Positions 1 to 9,711 of a stretch of 32,000 nt of DNA are shown in pieces. The position numbers and the translations under genes are program-made. The notes under the pieces were generated by a model. It saw only the letters and a program-made list of their open reading frames with translations. It was not told where the DNA came from and did no database searches. The stretch is taken from contig OY760660.1 in NCBI GenBank assembly GCA_963663995.1, positions 1,110,001 to 1,142,000 of the forward strand, written 5' to 3'. Position 1 is the first letter of the stretch, and each line of letters starts with the position of its first letter. The stretch is from Erysipelotrichaceae bacterium (GTDB lineage Bacteria > Bacillota_I > Bacilli_A > Erysipelotrichales > Erysipelotrichaceae).

Positions 1-120
1 ATCTATTTCTGGATCAAGTGGATCATCTAGTATAACGGATACAACTAAAATTAGGATTATAGCGAGAAATAGCGCTGTCAAGAACATAAAGATGTACTCA
101 AAATATTTAGATATTTTCAT
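1..120 (-). CDS. 5' fragment of a small membrane protein gene (continues beyond window start)
   Basis: ATG at 120 on the minus strand, with 40 codons open to the window edge. MKISKYFEYIFMFLTALFLAIILILVVSVIL is a hydrophobic helix. The only AGGAG is distant, 13 nt upstream. Confidence 0.3.
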   Translation of the reverse strand, partial: MKISKYFEYIFMFLTALFLAIILILVVSVILDDPLDPEID

Positions 121-207
121 CGTAGCAGGAATCTCCTAATATAAATCAACTAATTAGTAGACAAGTTTAATTGCTTTAAATGGAACTAAACAATAATAGT
201 ACAGATC

Positions 208-1395
208 CTATAATTTAAAATTCAATAAAAATTCTTCTATATTAATATGTTTAATTCCATTATATGAAAAATCCACGGAATCCATTGATAGAACTAATTT
301 AGGATATGAGTCATTGATAGAATTTAGAACACTAAATTCTCTTTCTCTGGTCGTTTCTGAACCAAGTAAATAGGATACTTGTATATATAACTTCTCATCA
401 TTTTTAGTGGCAATAAAATCAATTTCCTGTTGATTTAACTTCCCGATATTTATAGTGTACCCTCTTCTCACAAGTTCAATGTAGACAATATTTTCTAAGA
501 TTAATTCAATGGCTGCTTCATTATTCCCTACAACAGCTTCTCTAAAACCGTGGTCAGCAATAAAGTATTTTTCTTCTGTTTTTAATAATGCTTTCCCATT
601 GATGTCATATCTTGAAGCTTTATATAATATAAAACCCTTTTCTAGGATATCAATATAATGAAGTATTGTATCAACACTAATTTTTATGTTTTGTGATTTT
701 AGATATTTTGAAATGGACAGAGCTGAAAAAGTTTTAGATGTATTCGCACATAGATAAATGATAAGTTTTTCAAGTGTTGCTGAATTTCTAATATCATAAC
801 GTTGGATAACATCTTGAAGAATAGCTGATTGAAAACTGTCTCTAAGTACAGTCATTGATAAATCATAATTTAAGTCAAAAACGGTTATCGAAGGTAGTCC
901 ACCGAAAGTTATATAGTCATTAAATGTAGCTTGTTTATGATAGTTTTTAAATTCTTTATAAGAAAAAGGGTGTACTAAAATCTCTACATATCTTCCAGCT
1001 AAATAAGTAGATAAGTCTGAAGACATTAAATCTGAATTTGATCCCGTAATATAGATATCAAATTTATTCATCGCATGGAAAGCATTGACGGCTTTTTCCC
1101 AATCTTTTATCCTACCTACTTCATCAAGAAATAGATATAATTGTCCACTGCACTTTTTATCCCATTCTAAAACATTGTTAGTTAAATCTTTATAGTCCTT
1201 AATGTCGAAGTTCTCAGGAAGTTCAAAATTTAACTTAAGAACATTTATTTCTCTTGTAGCATTTTTTATTAAATCTGCAATATACATGTCCAAAAGAACT
1301 GATTTTCCAGAACGTCTTAATCCAGTGATTACTTTTACAAATGGCTTGTCTTTAAAATCACCTAGCTTTTGAATGTATTCTATTCGCTCAATCAT
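208..1395 (-). CDS. AAA+ ATPase of the AAA_14/DUF4143 type (COG1373-like)
   Basis: 395-codon ORF with Walker A GLRRSGKS and Walker B LYLFLDEV. The C-terminal half resembles DUF4143. Both Trp codons are TGG. Confidence 0.8.
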   Translation of the reverse strand: MIERIEYIQKLGDFKDKPFVKVITGLRRSGKSVLLDMYIADLIKNATREINVLKLNFELPENFDIKDYKDLTNNVLEWDKKCSGQLYLFLDEVGRIKDWEKAVNAFHAMNKFDIYITGSNSDLMSSDLSTYLAGRYVEILVHPFSYKEFKNYHKQATFNDYITFGGLPSITVFDLNYDLSMTVLRDSFQSAILQDVIQRYDIRNSATLEKLIIYLCANTSKTFSALSISKYLKSQNIKISVDTILHYIDILEKGFILYKASRYDINGKALLKTEEKYFIADHGFREAVVGNNEAAIELILENIVYIELVRRGYTINIGKLNQQEIDFIATKNDEKLYIQVSYLLGSETTREREFSVLNSINDSYPKLVLSMDSVDFSYNGIKHINIEEFLLNFKL

Positions 1396-1584
1396 AATAT
1401 CTACCTCTATTTCGATTATATTCTAAATAATATCATATTTCAAATATTATTTCGATTATAATCTAAATTAATATTTATTGATAAAACAAAATAGCCAGTC
1501 TATTTCATGAATTTCTTAATGATTCATATTTATGTATTAAGACTAAAACAAAAGAACATCTTTTAGATGTCCTTAATTGATACA

Positions 1585-1605
1585 TGGTGCGCGTGACAGG
1601 AATCG
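1585..1605. repeat. Distal att direct repeat: displaced copy of the 3' end of tRNA-Leu
   Basis: TGGTGCGCGTGACAGGAATCG is identical over 21 nt to 29203..29223, which is the complement of the 3' terminal 21 nt (including CCA) of the tRNA-Leu gene. Identity ends at the next base. Confidence 0.8.
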
Positions 1606-1681
1606 TATTACATTGCCAAAACTTCCCAAACACTACCATTTCATGCCATTTCGTCCCAAATCTTCCCGTATCTTCCCATAT

Positions 1682-1705
1682 TAAAACTAGGGGCAGACTA
1701 GGGGG
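1682..1705 (+). promoter_or_regulatory. Candidate integrase arm-type site (two direct ACTAGGGG units) on the distal arm
   Basis: TAAAACTAGGGGCAGACTAGGGGG lies about 80 nt inside the left repeat. It matches TAAAACTAGGGGCGAACTAGGGG at 29083..29105, about 100 nt inside the right repeat, in the same orientation. Three CTTCCC units lie at about 1622-1678. Confidence 0.45.
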
Positions 1706-1887
1706 ATTAAAATTTAAAGTGTGTTGTTTATTTATCATTGATACTATCGTTAAGATATTTTTGTAAAAGTAAACAAAAGTATTCATACTACAATAATATG
1801 TATTCATATTCCCCTTCTCACTACATTTTTCAATAGAAATATATAAAAGGACAAGTTAATCTTTTTAGACCATCTTGTCCTAAATAA

Positions 1888-2907
1888 TTATTTTACTTTA
1901 AAGCCGTTTTCTTTCATCCACGATTTATACGCACCCATATTTTCGCTGAAAGTATTCCAAACTCTATGTTTATATGGAGTTTCTCCTTCGTACCAATGAC
2001 CAAATATTTGTGATTGACCATGACGTGCAAAGTTTGGTTCTTTTGTGAATCCTTTTGATCCATATTCACCAACAACATGAATCTCTTTACCTCCAAATTT
2101 CCAAACATTATCCACACAAACCGTAGTTCCATCATCTACATAAGGTAATTCTTCCCAAACACCTTCGTTTACAACTTCATCTGTTATAATTGGTTCTTCA
2201 CCTTCTAACCAATAAATACCATGTCCTTGGCCGTTTTTATGTCGAATCAAACCAGTAAAGAACTCTTTTCTTCCATCTTCACGTATTCCAGAACACCAAC
2301 AAGAAATATATTCAGTTGCATTTTTTATAATCTCATCTTCTTTACCCACAGGCGAGAAAATTCGATCAATACACGCTAGGAATTCAACGGGTTTATTTTG
2401 ATATGTACCTTTTAAGTGAACTGGAAGATGTTGAAAAAGGATGTTATATTCTGATCCTAGATGGCAAATTAAACCAAATGGAAACCATTCACCTTTTACA
2501 TCTAAAATCGAACCATTTTCTCCTTCAACTAAACAACAACCGTCTTCGTTATAGGTGAACTCCATATTGATTCCTGATAGTGTTTTTACCCCATAAGTAA
2601 TGGGATCATCACTCACTTTTCCATATGTTGAAAGCTGATCTGTTTGTGCTGTATCTGTGTTTTCAACACCTTCTTGCAGTGATAATGGACCATCACCGAG
2701 TCTAATAAATCCAGACCACCTCGAGGAGAATTCATTCATATTATGAAAATAATAATGTGGTCTATCATTTTCCCTCAAAATCATTCCGCAATTGTCATGC
2801 CGTATTAAACGACTTTCTAATTCTGGATAATCTTGTTTAAAACATTTGGGTGTCTTGCTAAAATCGTCATTTGTAAATTTTCTAAATTCTATTTTTAAAT
2901 CTTTCAT
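1888..2907 (-). CDS. Uncharacterised cytoplasmic protein (339-345 aa), terminal gene of the PTS operon
   Basis: Long uninterrupted ORF (track 1888..2925). The ATG at 2907 is preceded by GGAGA at 5 nt. It lies 64 nt downstream of the EIIBC gene on the same strand. No family recognised and no signal peptide. All 9 Trp codons are TGG. Confidence 0.7.
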   Translation of the reverse strand: MKDLKIEFRKFTNDDFSKTPKCFKQDYPELESRLIRHDNCGMILRENDRPHYYFHNMNEFSSRWSGFIRLGDGPLSLQEGVENTDTAQTDQLSTYGKVSDDPITYGVKTLSGINMEFTYNEDGCCLVEGENGSILDVKGEWFPFGLICHLGSEYNILFQHLPVHLKGTYQNKPVEFLACIDRIFSPVGKEDEIIKNATEYISCWCSGIREDGRKEFFTGLIRHKNGQGHGIYWLEGEEPIITDEVVNEGVWEELPYVDDGTTVCVDNVWKFGGKEIHVVGEYGSKGFTKEPNFARHGQSQIFGHWYEGETPYKHRVWNTFSENMGAYKSWMKENGFKVK

Positions 2908-2989
2908 ATTTGTCTCCATCTTCAATTAAATTAATGTATTTTCTCTTATAAAAAGAGTTAATTTTATTAACTCTTTTTATCAAGAAATT

Positions 2990-4411
2990 CTAAGCATCTT
3001 TATCGTTTATACTAGTAAATCCAAATAAATAAGTTAAACCTGCCGCAACTACAAACGCTATTCCACCGCCAATAAATCCATTAACTGTGTTTGATGTTGT
3101 AGATCCTAAAAAACCCGTGAAAGTCAAAAAGTTAGCAGCTGGTGGAATTGTATAAGTTGCAGTATTTGTAATCGCATAATAGACTGAACCTGCAAAACCA
3201 CCAACACAAGCAAATAAGAAAGGCTTTTTATATTTAATACCAATACCGAAAATAGATGGTTCAGTAACACCACCAATAACTTGTGTAAACAAATAGGTTA
3301 GTGCTAAACCTTTTTCATTCTTATCCTTTAATCTTAATAGTGCACCAGTAGTCATACCAGCAATCGCGACTGAAGCGGCAATAACACCAGTGAAAATGAT
3401 ACCATCAAATCCATTAGCCAAGAACAATTGTAGTCCAGCAATAAAATAAGTTAAATGCATACCAAATAGAACTAGGACATTCCATAATCCACCTGATAAA
3501 CCTGCAACTAAAATGGTTCCTAAAATACCAAATGATGAAATAGCCAACATTGAATCAGTAAACAAAGTTCCTAAATATGTACCAGCTGGACCGATCACTG
3601 TTAAAGCTATTGGAAGCATAATTAATATAGTTAAAGTTGGTGTAAATACCATTCTTAAAGATGCGGGTAAAAATTTATCTAATGAATGTTCAATATAAGA
3701 CATTACCCACACAATAAGAATAATAGGGAAAGTAGACGATGCATAATTTACCAAGGTCATTGGAATACCATATACATCAAAGACCGCACCTGTAGAAACT
3801 AAAGATGTAAGCGTTGGATGCAATAATATTCCAGCCATAAACATACCTAAAACAGGTGTTGCTTTGAAGTATTTTGCAGTTGTATAACCAATATATATAG
3901 GTAAAAAATAGAATCCCGCGTCGCCAGCAAATGTAATCAAAATATAAAAATTGCTTTCAGGATTTATAAAATTAAGCATTGTTGGTCCAAAAATCACCGC
4001 TATTGATTTAATAAATGATGCTGCTAGGATTACTGGAATCAATGGAATAATACATCCAGAAATCGCACTTAAGATTTTTGATCCGATCCCCTTTTGAACT
4101 TCTTTTTCATTTGATGTTGCCTTAGAAATTGGATTACCATCATCATCAACTTCTCCACCTTCTGTGTTAGGTAGGATTTTCGTTAATTCATCATAAACAT
4201 TTGAAACATCAGGACCTATGATCAATTGCAATTGACCACCTTTATAAACGGCACCTGCCACACCTTCAATTTTCTTAAAAGAATCTAAATTTAAGTTATC
4301 ACTGTTCTTTAAAGTAAAACGCAAACGTGTTGCACAATGTTGAATGAAACTGACGTTTGAAGTATCATCAATCACATCCAGAATACTCTTCGCTAAATTT
4401 TTGTTATTCAT
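2990..4411 (-). CDS. PTS beta-glucoside/glucose-superfamily EIIBC component
   Basis: N-terminal EIIB motif CATRLRF (phospho-Cys), followed by a polytopic EIIC domain. SD AAAGGAG precedes the ATG. Confidence 0.85.
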   Translation of the reverse strand: MNNKNLAKSILDVIDDTSNVSFIQHCATRLRFTLKNSDNLNLDSFKKIEGVAGAVYKGGQLQLIIGPDVSNVYDELTKILPNTEGGEVDDDGNPISKATSNEKEVQKGIGSKILSAISGCIIPLIPVILAASFIKSIAVIFGPTMLNFINPESNFYILITFAGDAGFYFLPIYIGYTTAKYFKATPVLGMFMAGILLHPTLTSLVSTGAVFDVYGIPMTLVNYASSTFPIILIVWVMSYIEHSLDKFLPASLRMVFTPTLTILIMLPIALTVIGPAGTYLGTLFTDSMLAISSFGILGTILVAGLSGGLWNVLVLFGMHLTYFIAGLQLFLANGFDGIIFTGVIAASVAIAGMTTGALLRLKDKNEKGLALTYLFTQVIGGVTEPSIFGIGIKYKKPFLFACVGGFAGSVYYAITNTATYTIPPAANFLTFTGFLGSTTSNTVNGFIGGGIAFVVAAGLTYLFGFTSINDKDA

Positions 4412-4446
4412 TTTTTTCTCCTTTAAATCGAAAACAATCGATAAAA

Positions 4447-4474
4447 GGTCTAGCCAGCCATACTGTAACTATCC
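4447..4474 (-). promoter_or_regulatory. RAT-like antiterminator target upstream of the EIIBC gene
   Basis: The minus strand reads GGATAGTTACAGTATGGCTGGCTAGACC, which resembles the BglG/LicT RAT consensus GGATTGTTACTG...GCAGGCAAAACC. It sits in the 92-nt gap between the antiterminator and EIIBC genes. Confidence 0.5.
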
Positions 4475-4503
4475 AGTAAAATTAAAATACCTCCGTTTCT
4501 TAT

Positions 4504-5352
4504 TTAATCTTGCTCTGTTAACTTAATAACATGTACAAGTAAATATAAAATTTCACCATCATAAACTTCATCATATTTTTTTGAAATAAATTTAATAATA
4601 TTTAAAACACAGTCATATTGTTGTGGATATTTTTGACTTAAGACTAATAATAAATCACTGCTTTTTTCAGTTTTTAAACTTTCTTGAATTAAAATCCTCT
4701 CAAAGAAAACTCTTAAATGCAAAATAAATCTAGAATAACTTATACTCTCTAGGTCAAACTCTATATCGAAGTCACTAGCGACAATATCAAGAATATCTTC
4801 TATCAAGGCTGTAACTTCAAAAGTTGCATGGATTTCTTCATTTAATTCGGCATTCACTATGTGTAAAGCTATAAAACACGCCTCATCTTTATCAATTTTG
4901 AGATCGAATTGCTTTACCAACATGTCAACGACTTCTCGTCCAATTTTATATTCATTTTTATATATTCGTTTCACATCCCACAAAATAGCATTATCAAATG
5001 TGTATCCATATTGTAATCGTTCAATTAAATTAGATATATGGTCTGTAAGCGTAACATAAAGATTATCGCTTAATTTTTTGTCTATTTTGCTATGTATATA
5101 TTCAATAATTTCAATACTAATATCACAGATATCGTTTGGGATTGAAACTATAAGTTCTTGGTACTTTCGTTTGATTTCAGGTGTACTTAAAATAAAGATC
5201 TTTTCAATCTTCTCTTCTTCCACAAAATCACCAATTATACTATTATAGGCAATACCTTTCCCTCTTATAATAATTTCTTCATTGGCTTGGTCGCGACAGA
5301 TTAAAGCATTATTATTTAGTAATTTAGTTATTTTGTACTTCATTTTTTTCAA
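4504..5352 (-). CDS. BglG/LicT-family transcriptional antiterminator (CAT + two PRD domains)
   Basis: N-terminus KITKLLNNNALICRDQANEEIIIRGKGIAY is a typical CAT RNA-binding domain. PRD-like His-containing repeats follow (ALHIV, ILHLR). The gene overlaps the end of the EIIA gene. Confidence 0.85.
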   Translation of the reverse strand: MKKMKYKITKLLNNNALICRDQANEEIIIRGKGIAYNSIIGDFVEEEKIEKIFILSTPEIKRKYQELIVSIPNDICDISIEIIEYIHSKIDKKLSDNLYVTLTDHISNLIERLQYGYTFDNAILWDVKRIYKNEYKIGREVVDMLVKQFDLKIDKDEACFIALHIVNAELNEEIHATFEVTALIEDILDIVASDFDIEFDLESISYSRFILHLRVFFERILIQESLKTEKSSDLLLVLSQKYPQQYDCVLNIIKFISKKYDEVYDGEILYLLVHVIKLTEQD

Positions 5353-5788
5353 TTCCCATTATTCGATCATTAAGACTTAAGGTAATATTTTTTGTGATAT
5401 CAATAGTATAATTCATATAATTTGTAACCGTGATGATAATATCGGTTTGAAAACCAAGTAACTTTATAAAATCTAAATCAAATTCTGTAATTAAATCTCC
5501 TCTTTCCACTAAATCTCCAACTTTAAATCTAGACTTAAATGTACCTTCATTCAACTCAACAGTATCAATTCCTATGTGAATCAATAGTTGTGCACCATTC
5601 TCAAGTTCAAGACCATAAGCATGTTTTGTTGGAAACATCATTATTATTTTTGCTGAACAAGGTGAATAAACTTTCCCTTCTAATGGAACAACAGCTAAAC
5701 CATCACCTAGCATTTTTTGAGAAAAAGCATCATCTTTTACTTCCTCAATATTTTTATAATTACCATTTGCTATAGAATATAAGTTCAT
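5324..5788 (-). CDS. PTS glucose-family EIIA component
   Basis: Motifs GDGLAVVP, TKHAYGLE and LIHIGIDTVELNG-like (phospho-His region). SD AGGAG precedes the ATG. Confidence 0.85.
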   Translation of the reverse strand: MNLYSIANGNYKNIEEVKDDAFSQKMLGDGLAVVPLEGKVYSPCSAKIIMMFPTKHAYGLELENGAQLLIHIGIDTVELNEGTFKSRFKVGDLVERGDLITEFDLDFIKLLGFQTDIIITVTNYMNYTIDITKNITLSLNDRIMGIEKNEVQNN

Positions 5789-5812
5789 TTTTTTCTCCTA
5801 ATAAATATAAAA

Positions 5813-5874
5813 GACCCATCTACAAATCAAAACGATTTGTATACAGGCCTTGCTTAACTTAATAATCACAATAC
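5813..5874 (-). promoter_or_regulatory. Leader RAT-like element overlapping a terminator hairpin (antitermination switch)
   Basis: The minus strand has ATTGTGATTATTAAGTTAAGCAAGGCC (RAT-like). Its 3' part is shared with a long hairpin GGCCTGTATACAAATC/GATTTGTAGATGGGTC, which is followed by TTTTATATTT. Confidence 0.5.
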
Positions 5875-5889
5875 TGTGTGTACATTATT

Positions 5890-5919
5890 ATTATAAGTTA
5901 CTAGAATTATAAATGTCAA
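5890..5919 (-). promoter_or_regulatory. Sigma-70 type promoter of the PTS operon
   Basis: Minus strand TTGACA (5919..5914), an 18-nt spacer, then TATAAT (5895..5890), just upstream of the RAT/terminator leader. Confidence 0.55.
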
Positions 5920-6265
5920 CACTATACAATTCGATAACTGAATTATTATTTTTAATTCCGTTTTTTTGTTTTTAACGGAATTTAGTGTGAGAAATGTTTA
6001 GTGATACGGTGGAATTTACTAAGTCCATATTTTTACCCTTAACCCTTAATATATTAATGTAACAATAGAATCATAATTTTTTAAATTACTACATCTGCAA
6101 GTTTATAATTCAAATAACTATCTACCCGTAGAACGGGTAGTTTTAGTTTCGCCCTATAAGGGCATCTTGCTTACAGTAGCTCTAAAGAGCTATTGGATGA
6201 CTGACAACCGTACTCTCTTACTGAGTTACACCTATAACATTAAAAAACAACACAATTCAAATAAA

Positions 6266-7869
6266 GGCGCTTTAAAATATCGTGTGGGTGTGGGCACCCT
6301 ATAAAAAATCGTGTGGGCGATTTTAGGGGGGTATTCAAATATCGTGTGGGGTCTCTATAAGATATTGTGTGGGTGAACTTTAAGGTTTGGTGTGGGAAAA
6401 TAAAAAACCTTCGTGTTAATTTAGAGTTACGAGCTAAAAAATTACACGTAGGAGAAATCTAATGATCCCACAGCCCGATTTTAACACAGCTTTATTTAAT
6501 GTTCATCCAGATAAAATTGAGTCGATTGAAACCTATAAGTTAGACAATACTTTTCATTATCACATTCGACTTAAACTCTCAAAACACACTTGTCCGTTTT
6601 GTGGCGCGGATGCCATATCTCATGGAACTATAGAGAAACTTATCCATCATCCCAATATTATTGGTTTTGATGGCGTTATTCATTATCACGCAAGACGTTT
6701 TAAATGTAAGGATTGTCATCGAACTTTTTTCGAATCCAATCCTTTTTCTTATCCAGGATTTAATAATAGTTTTGCGCTAATGGATCGAGTGATGACTCAG
6801 CTCGGCAAACTCGATCTTAGTTTTAAACGTATCGCAGAAGATAATCATATCTCGGTTACGACAGTACAGTTATACTTAGACTCTTACGTCCTTATCCCTC
6901 AACCTTCATTACCAGAAAATTTAGGAATTGATGAATTACACTCAAAGATGGCTTATCGTGATTCAGCTTATTTATGTGTGCTTATTGATAATGAACACCG
7001 ATATCCTGTCGATATATTAAACTCACGCTCTAAAGCTCACTTGAATCGTCATTTCAGCCAGTATTCAAAGGCTGAAAGAGATAAAGTGAAGTACGTAACC
7101 ATTGATATGTGGGAACCCTATAAAGATGTCGCATTAAGACAATTTAAAAACTGTCAGGTCGCGGTAGATCCTTTTCATGTAGTTAAAAATCTATCGATGG
7201 CTTTTACACGTGTAAGACTCAATATTATGAATCAACACATTCACGGAAGTAGTGCTTATTATCTTCTTAAGACATGGCATATCTTACTGGATTTAAAAGA
7301 AGTGAATCTCGATAACGAACCTCAATACAATCATCACTTTGGTCGTAAACTAACCAAGCGACAAATTCAAGAAATGATTTTTTCTTTATCAGATAAACTA
7401 TTCGAGGCTTATAATCTAAAAACAGCTTATCAATTATTCAATGATGTCGCGACCTATGAAAATGCAGGTCCTTGGCTAGATAATCTTATCCAAAAATTTC
7501 AAAGTTCCGGAATTGTTGAATATGATGAATTTACACGCATGTTAATTCACTGGAAACCTGAAATCATTAATTCTTTTCAACGTCCTCATAATGATCGTAA
7601 ACAATCCAATGCTTTAGCTGAAAATATCAACAGTCACCTAAGAGCTTATATATCCTTAGTACGTGGTTCTCAAAATTTTACTCGCTTTAGAAAAAGAGTT
7701 CTTTATGCGCTTAATCCTAAGATATACTATGCGATTTCAGATCGAATTTCTTCTAATAAAATCTCTAAAATTCAAAAGAAAAAAGAGTAGGATTTTCAAT
7801 TTTCCTACTCTTTACCCACACAATATCTTATAGCGTGATTTTTCAAACCCACACGTTATTTTATATTGC
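6266..7869 (+). mobile_element. ISL3-family insertion sequence (about 1.6 kb) with target-site duplication
   Basis: Imperfect terminal inverted repeats: GGCGCTTTAAAATATCGTGTGGG at the left and CCCACACGTTATTTTATATTGC at the right. The element is flanked by the direct repeat TCAAATAAA (6257..6265 and 7870..7878) and encodes a single transposase ORF. Confidence 0.75.
6462..7790 (+). CDS. ISL3-family transposase
   Basis: 442 aa, with an N-terminal zinc-finger-like CPFCG...CKDCH and a central DDE-type region (GIDE..., VTIDMWEPY, AVDPFHVVK) typical of ISL3/IS1165-like transposases. SD AGGAG. Confidence 0.85.
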   Translation: MIPQPDFNTALFNVHPDKIESIETYKLDNTFHYHIRLKLSKHTCPFCGADAISHGTIEKLIHHPNIIGFDGVIHYHARRFKCKDCHRTFFESNPFSYPGFNNSFALMDRVMTQLGKLDLSFKRIAEDNHISVTTVQLYLDSYVLIPQPSLPENLGIDELHSKMAYRDSAYLCVLIDNEHRYPVDILNSRSKAHLNRHFSQYSKAERDKVKYVTIDMWEPYKDVALRQFKNCQVAVDPFHVVKNLSMAFTRVRLNIMNQHIHGSSAYYLLKTWHILLDLKEVNLDNEPQYNHHFGRKLTKRQIQEMIFSLSDKLFEAYNLKTAYQLFNDVATYENAGPWLDNLIQKFQSSGIVEYDEFTRMLIHWKPEIINSFQRPHNDRKQSNALAENINSHLRAYISLVRGSQNFTRFRKRVLYALNPKIYYAISDRISSNKISKIQKKKE

Positions 7870-7878
7870 TCAAATAAA

Positions 7879-8496
7879 CTACCAATTAATGTTAAGTTCA
7901 AGATTTAAAACTGCATTATTATCATTCCAAGTATAGTGTAATTGCAAATATAGTTTTGTAGGTCGATCATTTCCCAAATCATCTATAGGTACTTTTATAA
8001 CAAATTTATATTCTAAATCAGTAAATTCTATAGGCACTGAATCTTCAAGTGTTTCTTTTAACGATATTTCACCATAGTCTTTCCAGATTATTGAATAATT
8101 GCTATTAATTTCTGGCAATAATTCAAGAACAAGAATACCCTTATCTATTTTAGGCGCATAAAAATTCCATTTATCTGAATTAGATCCTTGAACATGGAAC
8201 CAACTAAAAACGGATTCCTTAGAAATTATCATTGAAGGACCTTTGCTCACATAAATTTTTACTTGCGTGTTTTGTTCTACTTCTTCACCTTTTACAGGGT
8301 ATGTTCGTATAACTGTCCCTTCATCTATACTATTGCTATATTCCTCACTGACAATTGGAATAAGTCTATTATCAGTAATTACAGTTTTGGCTGTATCAAT
8401 ATCAGCTCCTGTAACATCGGGAATCTCAATTAAATTTGTACATCCAACTAAAAACAAAACACTAAAAATCAAAATTATACCTTTTATTATTTTCAT
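7879..8496 (-). CDS. Lipoprotein with an N-terminal PASTA-like domain
   Basis: Signal peptide MKIIKGIILIFSVLFLVGC with a lipobox Cys. IPDVTGADIDTAKTVITDNRLIPIV...VKIYVSKGP matches the PASTA fold pattern. The C-terminal 110 aa are unassigned. Confidence 0.65.
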   Translation of the reverse strand: MKIIKGIILIFSVLFLVGCTNLIEIPDVTGADIDTAKTVITDNRLIPIVSEEYSNSIDEGTVIRTYPVKGEEVEQNTQVKIYVSKGPSMIISKESVFSWFHVQGSNSDKWNFYAPKIDKGILVLELLPEINSNYSIIWKDYGEISLKETLEDSVPIEFTDLEYKFVIKVPIDDLGNDRPTKLYLQLHYTWNDNNAVLNLELNINW

Positions 8497-9029
8497 AATA
8501 TTACCCCACACATTACTTATTAATACTACACATTTTGTAGATGAATGTAAATTGATCTAGATTTGTTCTCTTGATTTTTTTACGATTTATTTCTGTAAAT
8601 AAAAATCTTGCATTGGATACAGTTTATCGAAAAGGAACTGTTAAAGAAAAAGCTTAAGAGTTAGTAATTGTTAAGTCTTTAACTTTTATACAAAACAATT
8701 ATTTTTTCGTTCCGGCAAAGGCATTCAACTATTAATTACATTATGCATAACTTAATAACTACAAACATAAAAATAATTTTCAACTGAAAAAAATATAAAA
8801 GTTTAGGATATTATATCAATTCACAGGCTTAAGTTTCCTATTATTTATATATAATATTCATATAACTCAACAATTTCAAATTTATTTCGATTCTTAATAT
8901 TTTTCATTCTCTTATATAATATTTAAGTTGGTATACAAATATACGTATCCATGAACTCATAGTCAAAAAATCTTTTAATAATATTAAGCAATGCTTCTAT
9001 CTTAATTTGAATTTAATTGTCTTTTCTAA

Positions 9030-9206
9030 TTAATTTTTTATAAAATATTTTGGTAACGAGACTAAAAATATTACAATAGTATACGGACTCAAATAAATAT
9101 CTAAAATATTCATAGATGATGGAATGAATAATAAAATAAATGTTAAAAAAGTCATTGACCAAAATCCATAAAAACAAAATTCAACTATCCACCAAAAATT
9201 TTTCAT
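9030..9206 (-). CDS. Possible 58-aa hydrophobic mini-protein
   Basis: ATG at 9206, sequence MKNFWWIVEFCFYGFWSMTFLTFILLFIPSS..., two predicted TM helices. It falls below the ORF-track cutoff and has no clear SD. Confidence 0.25.
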   Translation of the reverse strand: MKNFWWIVEFCFYGFWSMTFLTFILLFIPSSMNILDIYLSPYTIVIFLVSLPKYFIKN

Positions 9207-9636
9207 TAACTATCTTTTATTATCAATTATGTTTGTAAATCGATAATTTCCTTTCCTAAGCTTATTTATTTCTAATATTAGTGTTTGGCCAATGGGCCAT
9301 CATTAATTTCATTGTAGATTTACATTTTATACTTAAAACTTTGACTGTTTAGAGGTGATTTCTGACAAAGATCTTTTGAAATGAAAATAAGTTATAATTA
9401 TTTTTAGTTGAAATAGATCCAATTTGAGTTACTTCTTTAGAAATTAAATCTACATATTTTAAATTAAATGAATTTTTAATTAGTCATTATATAGCATCAA
9501 TAAAAAAATAATACACATAATTTTTTTCTATTACAGTTAAAATTTAAAATTTAATTAATAACGTAGAGCTTTTACCTCTAGTGAGTGTAATTCTTTAGTA
9601 AGCTTATGACAAACTGAGCATGCTAACCAATTCTTT

Positions 9637-9711
9637 CTAGATATCAGATTTGCATTTTATTGCTTTTAATGCAATTTTAATCCCTTCAATCCCAAACATC
9701 GATTTGAACAT
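9637..9711 (-). CDS. Possible 24-aa amphipathic peptide
   Basis: A strong SD (AAAGGGGGAAAT) lies directly before the ATG at 9711. The product is MFKSMFGIEGIKIALKAIKCKSDI, ending at TAG. Confidence 0.3.
   Translation of the reverse strand: MFKSMFGIEGIKIALKAIKCKSDI

Noticed and set aside
1505-1807. Track ORFs 1505..1807 (minus) and 1584..1766 (plus) as genes
   Set aside because: They overlap each other and cover the tRNA-fragment repeat and arm-type repeat region. They have no SD and odd composition. The region is better explained as the non-coding att end of the island.
6276-6400. Regularly spaced GTGTGGG repeats as a small CRISPR array
   Set aside because: The units are only 7-14 nt with 23-33 bp periodicity. 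They lie inside the IS terminal region and recur inverted at the other IS end. They are transposase-end repeats, not CRISPR.
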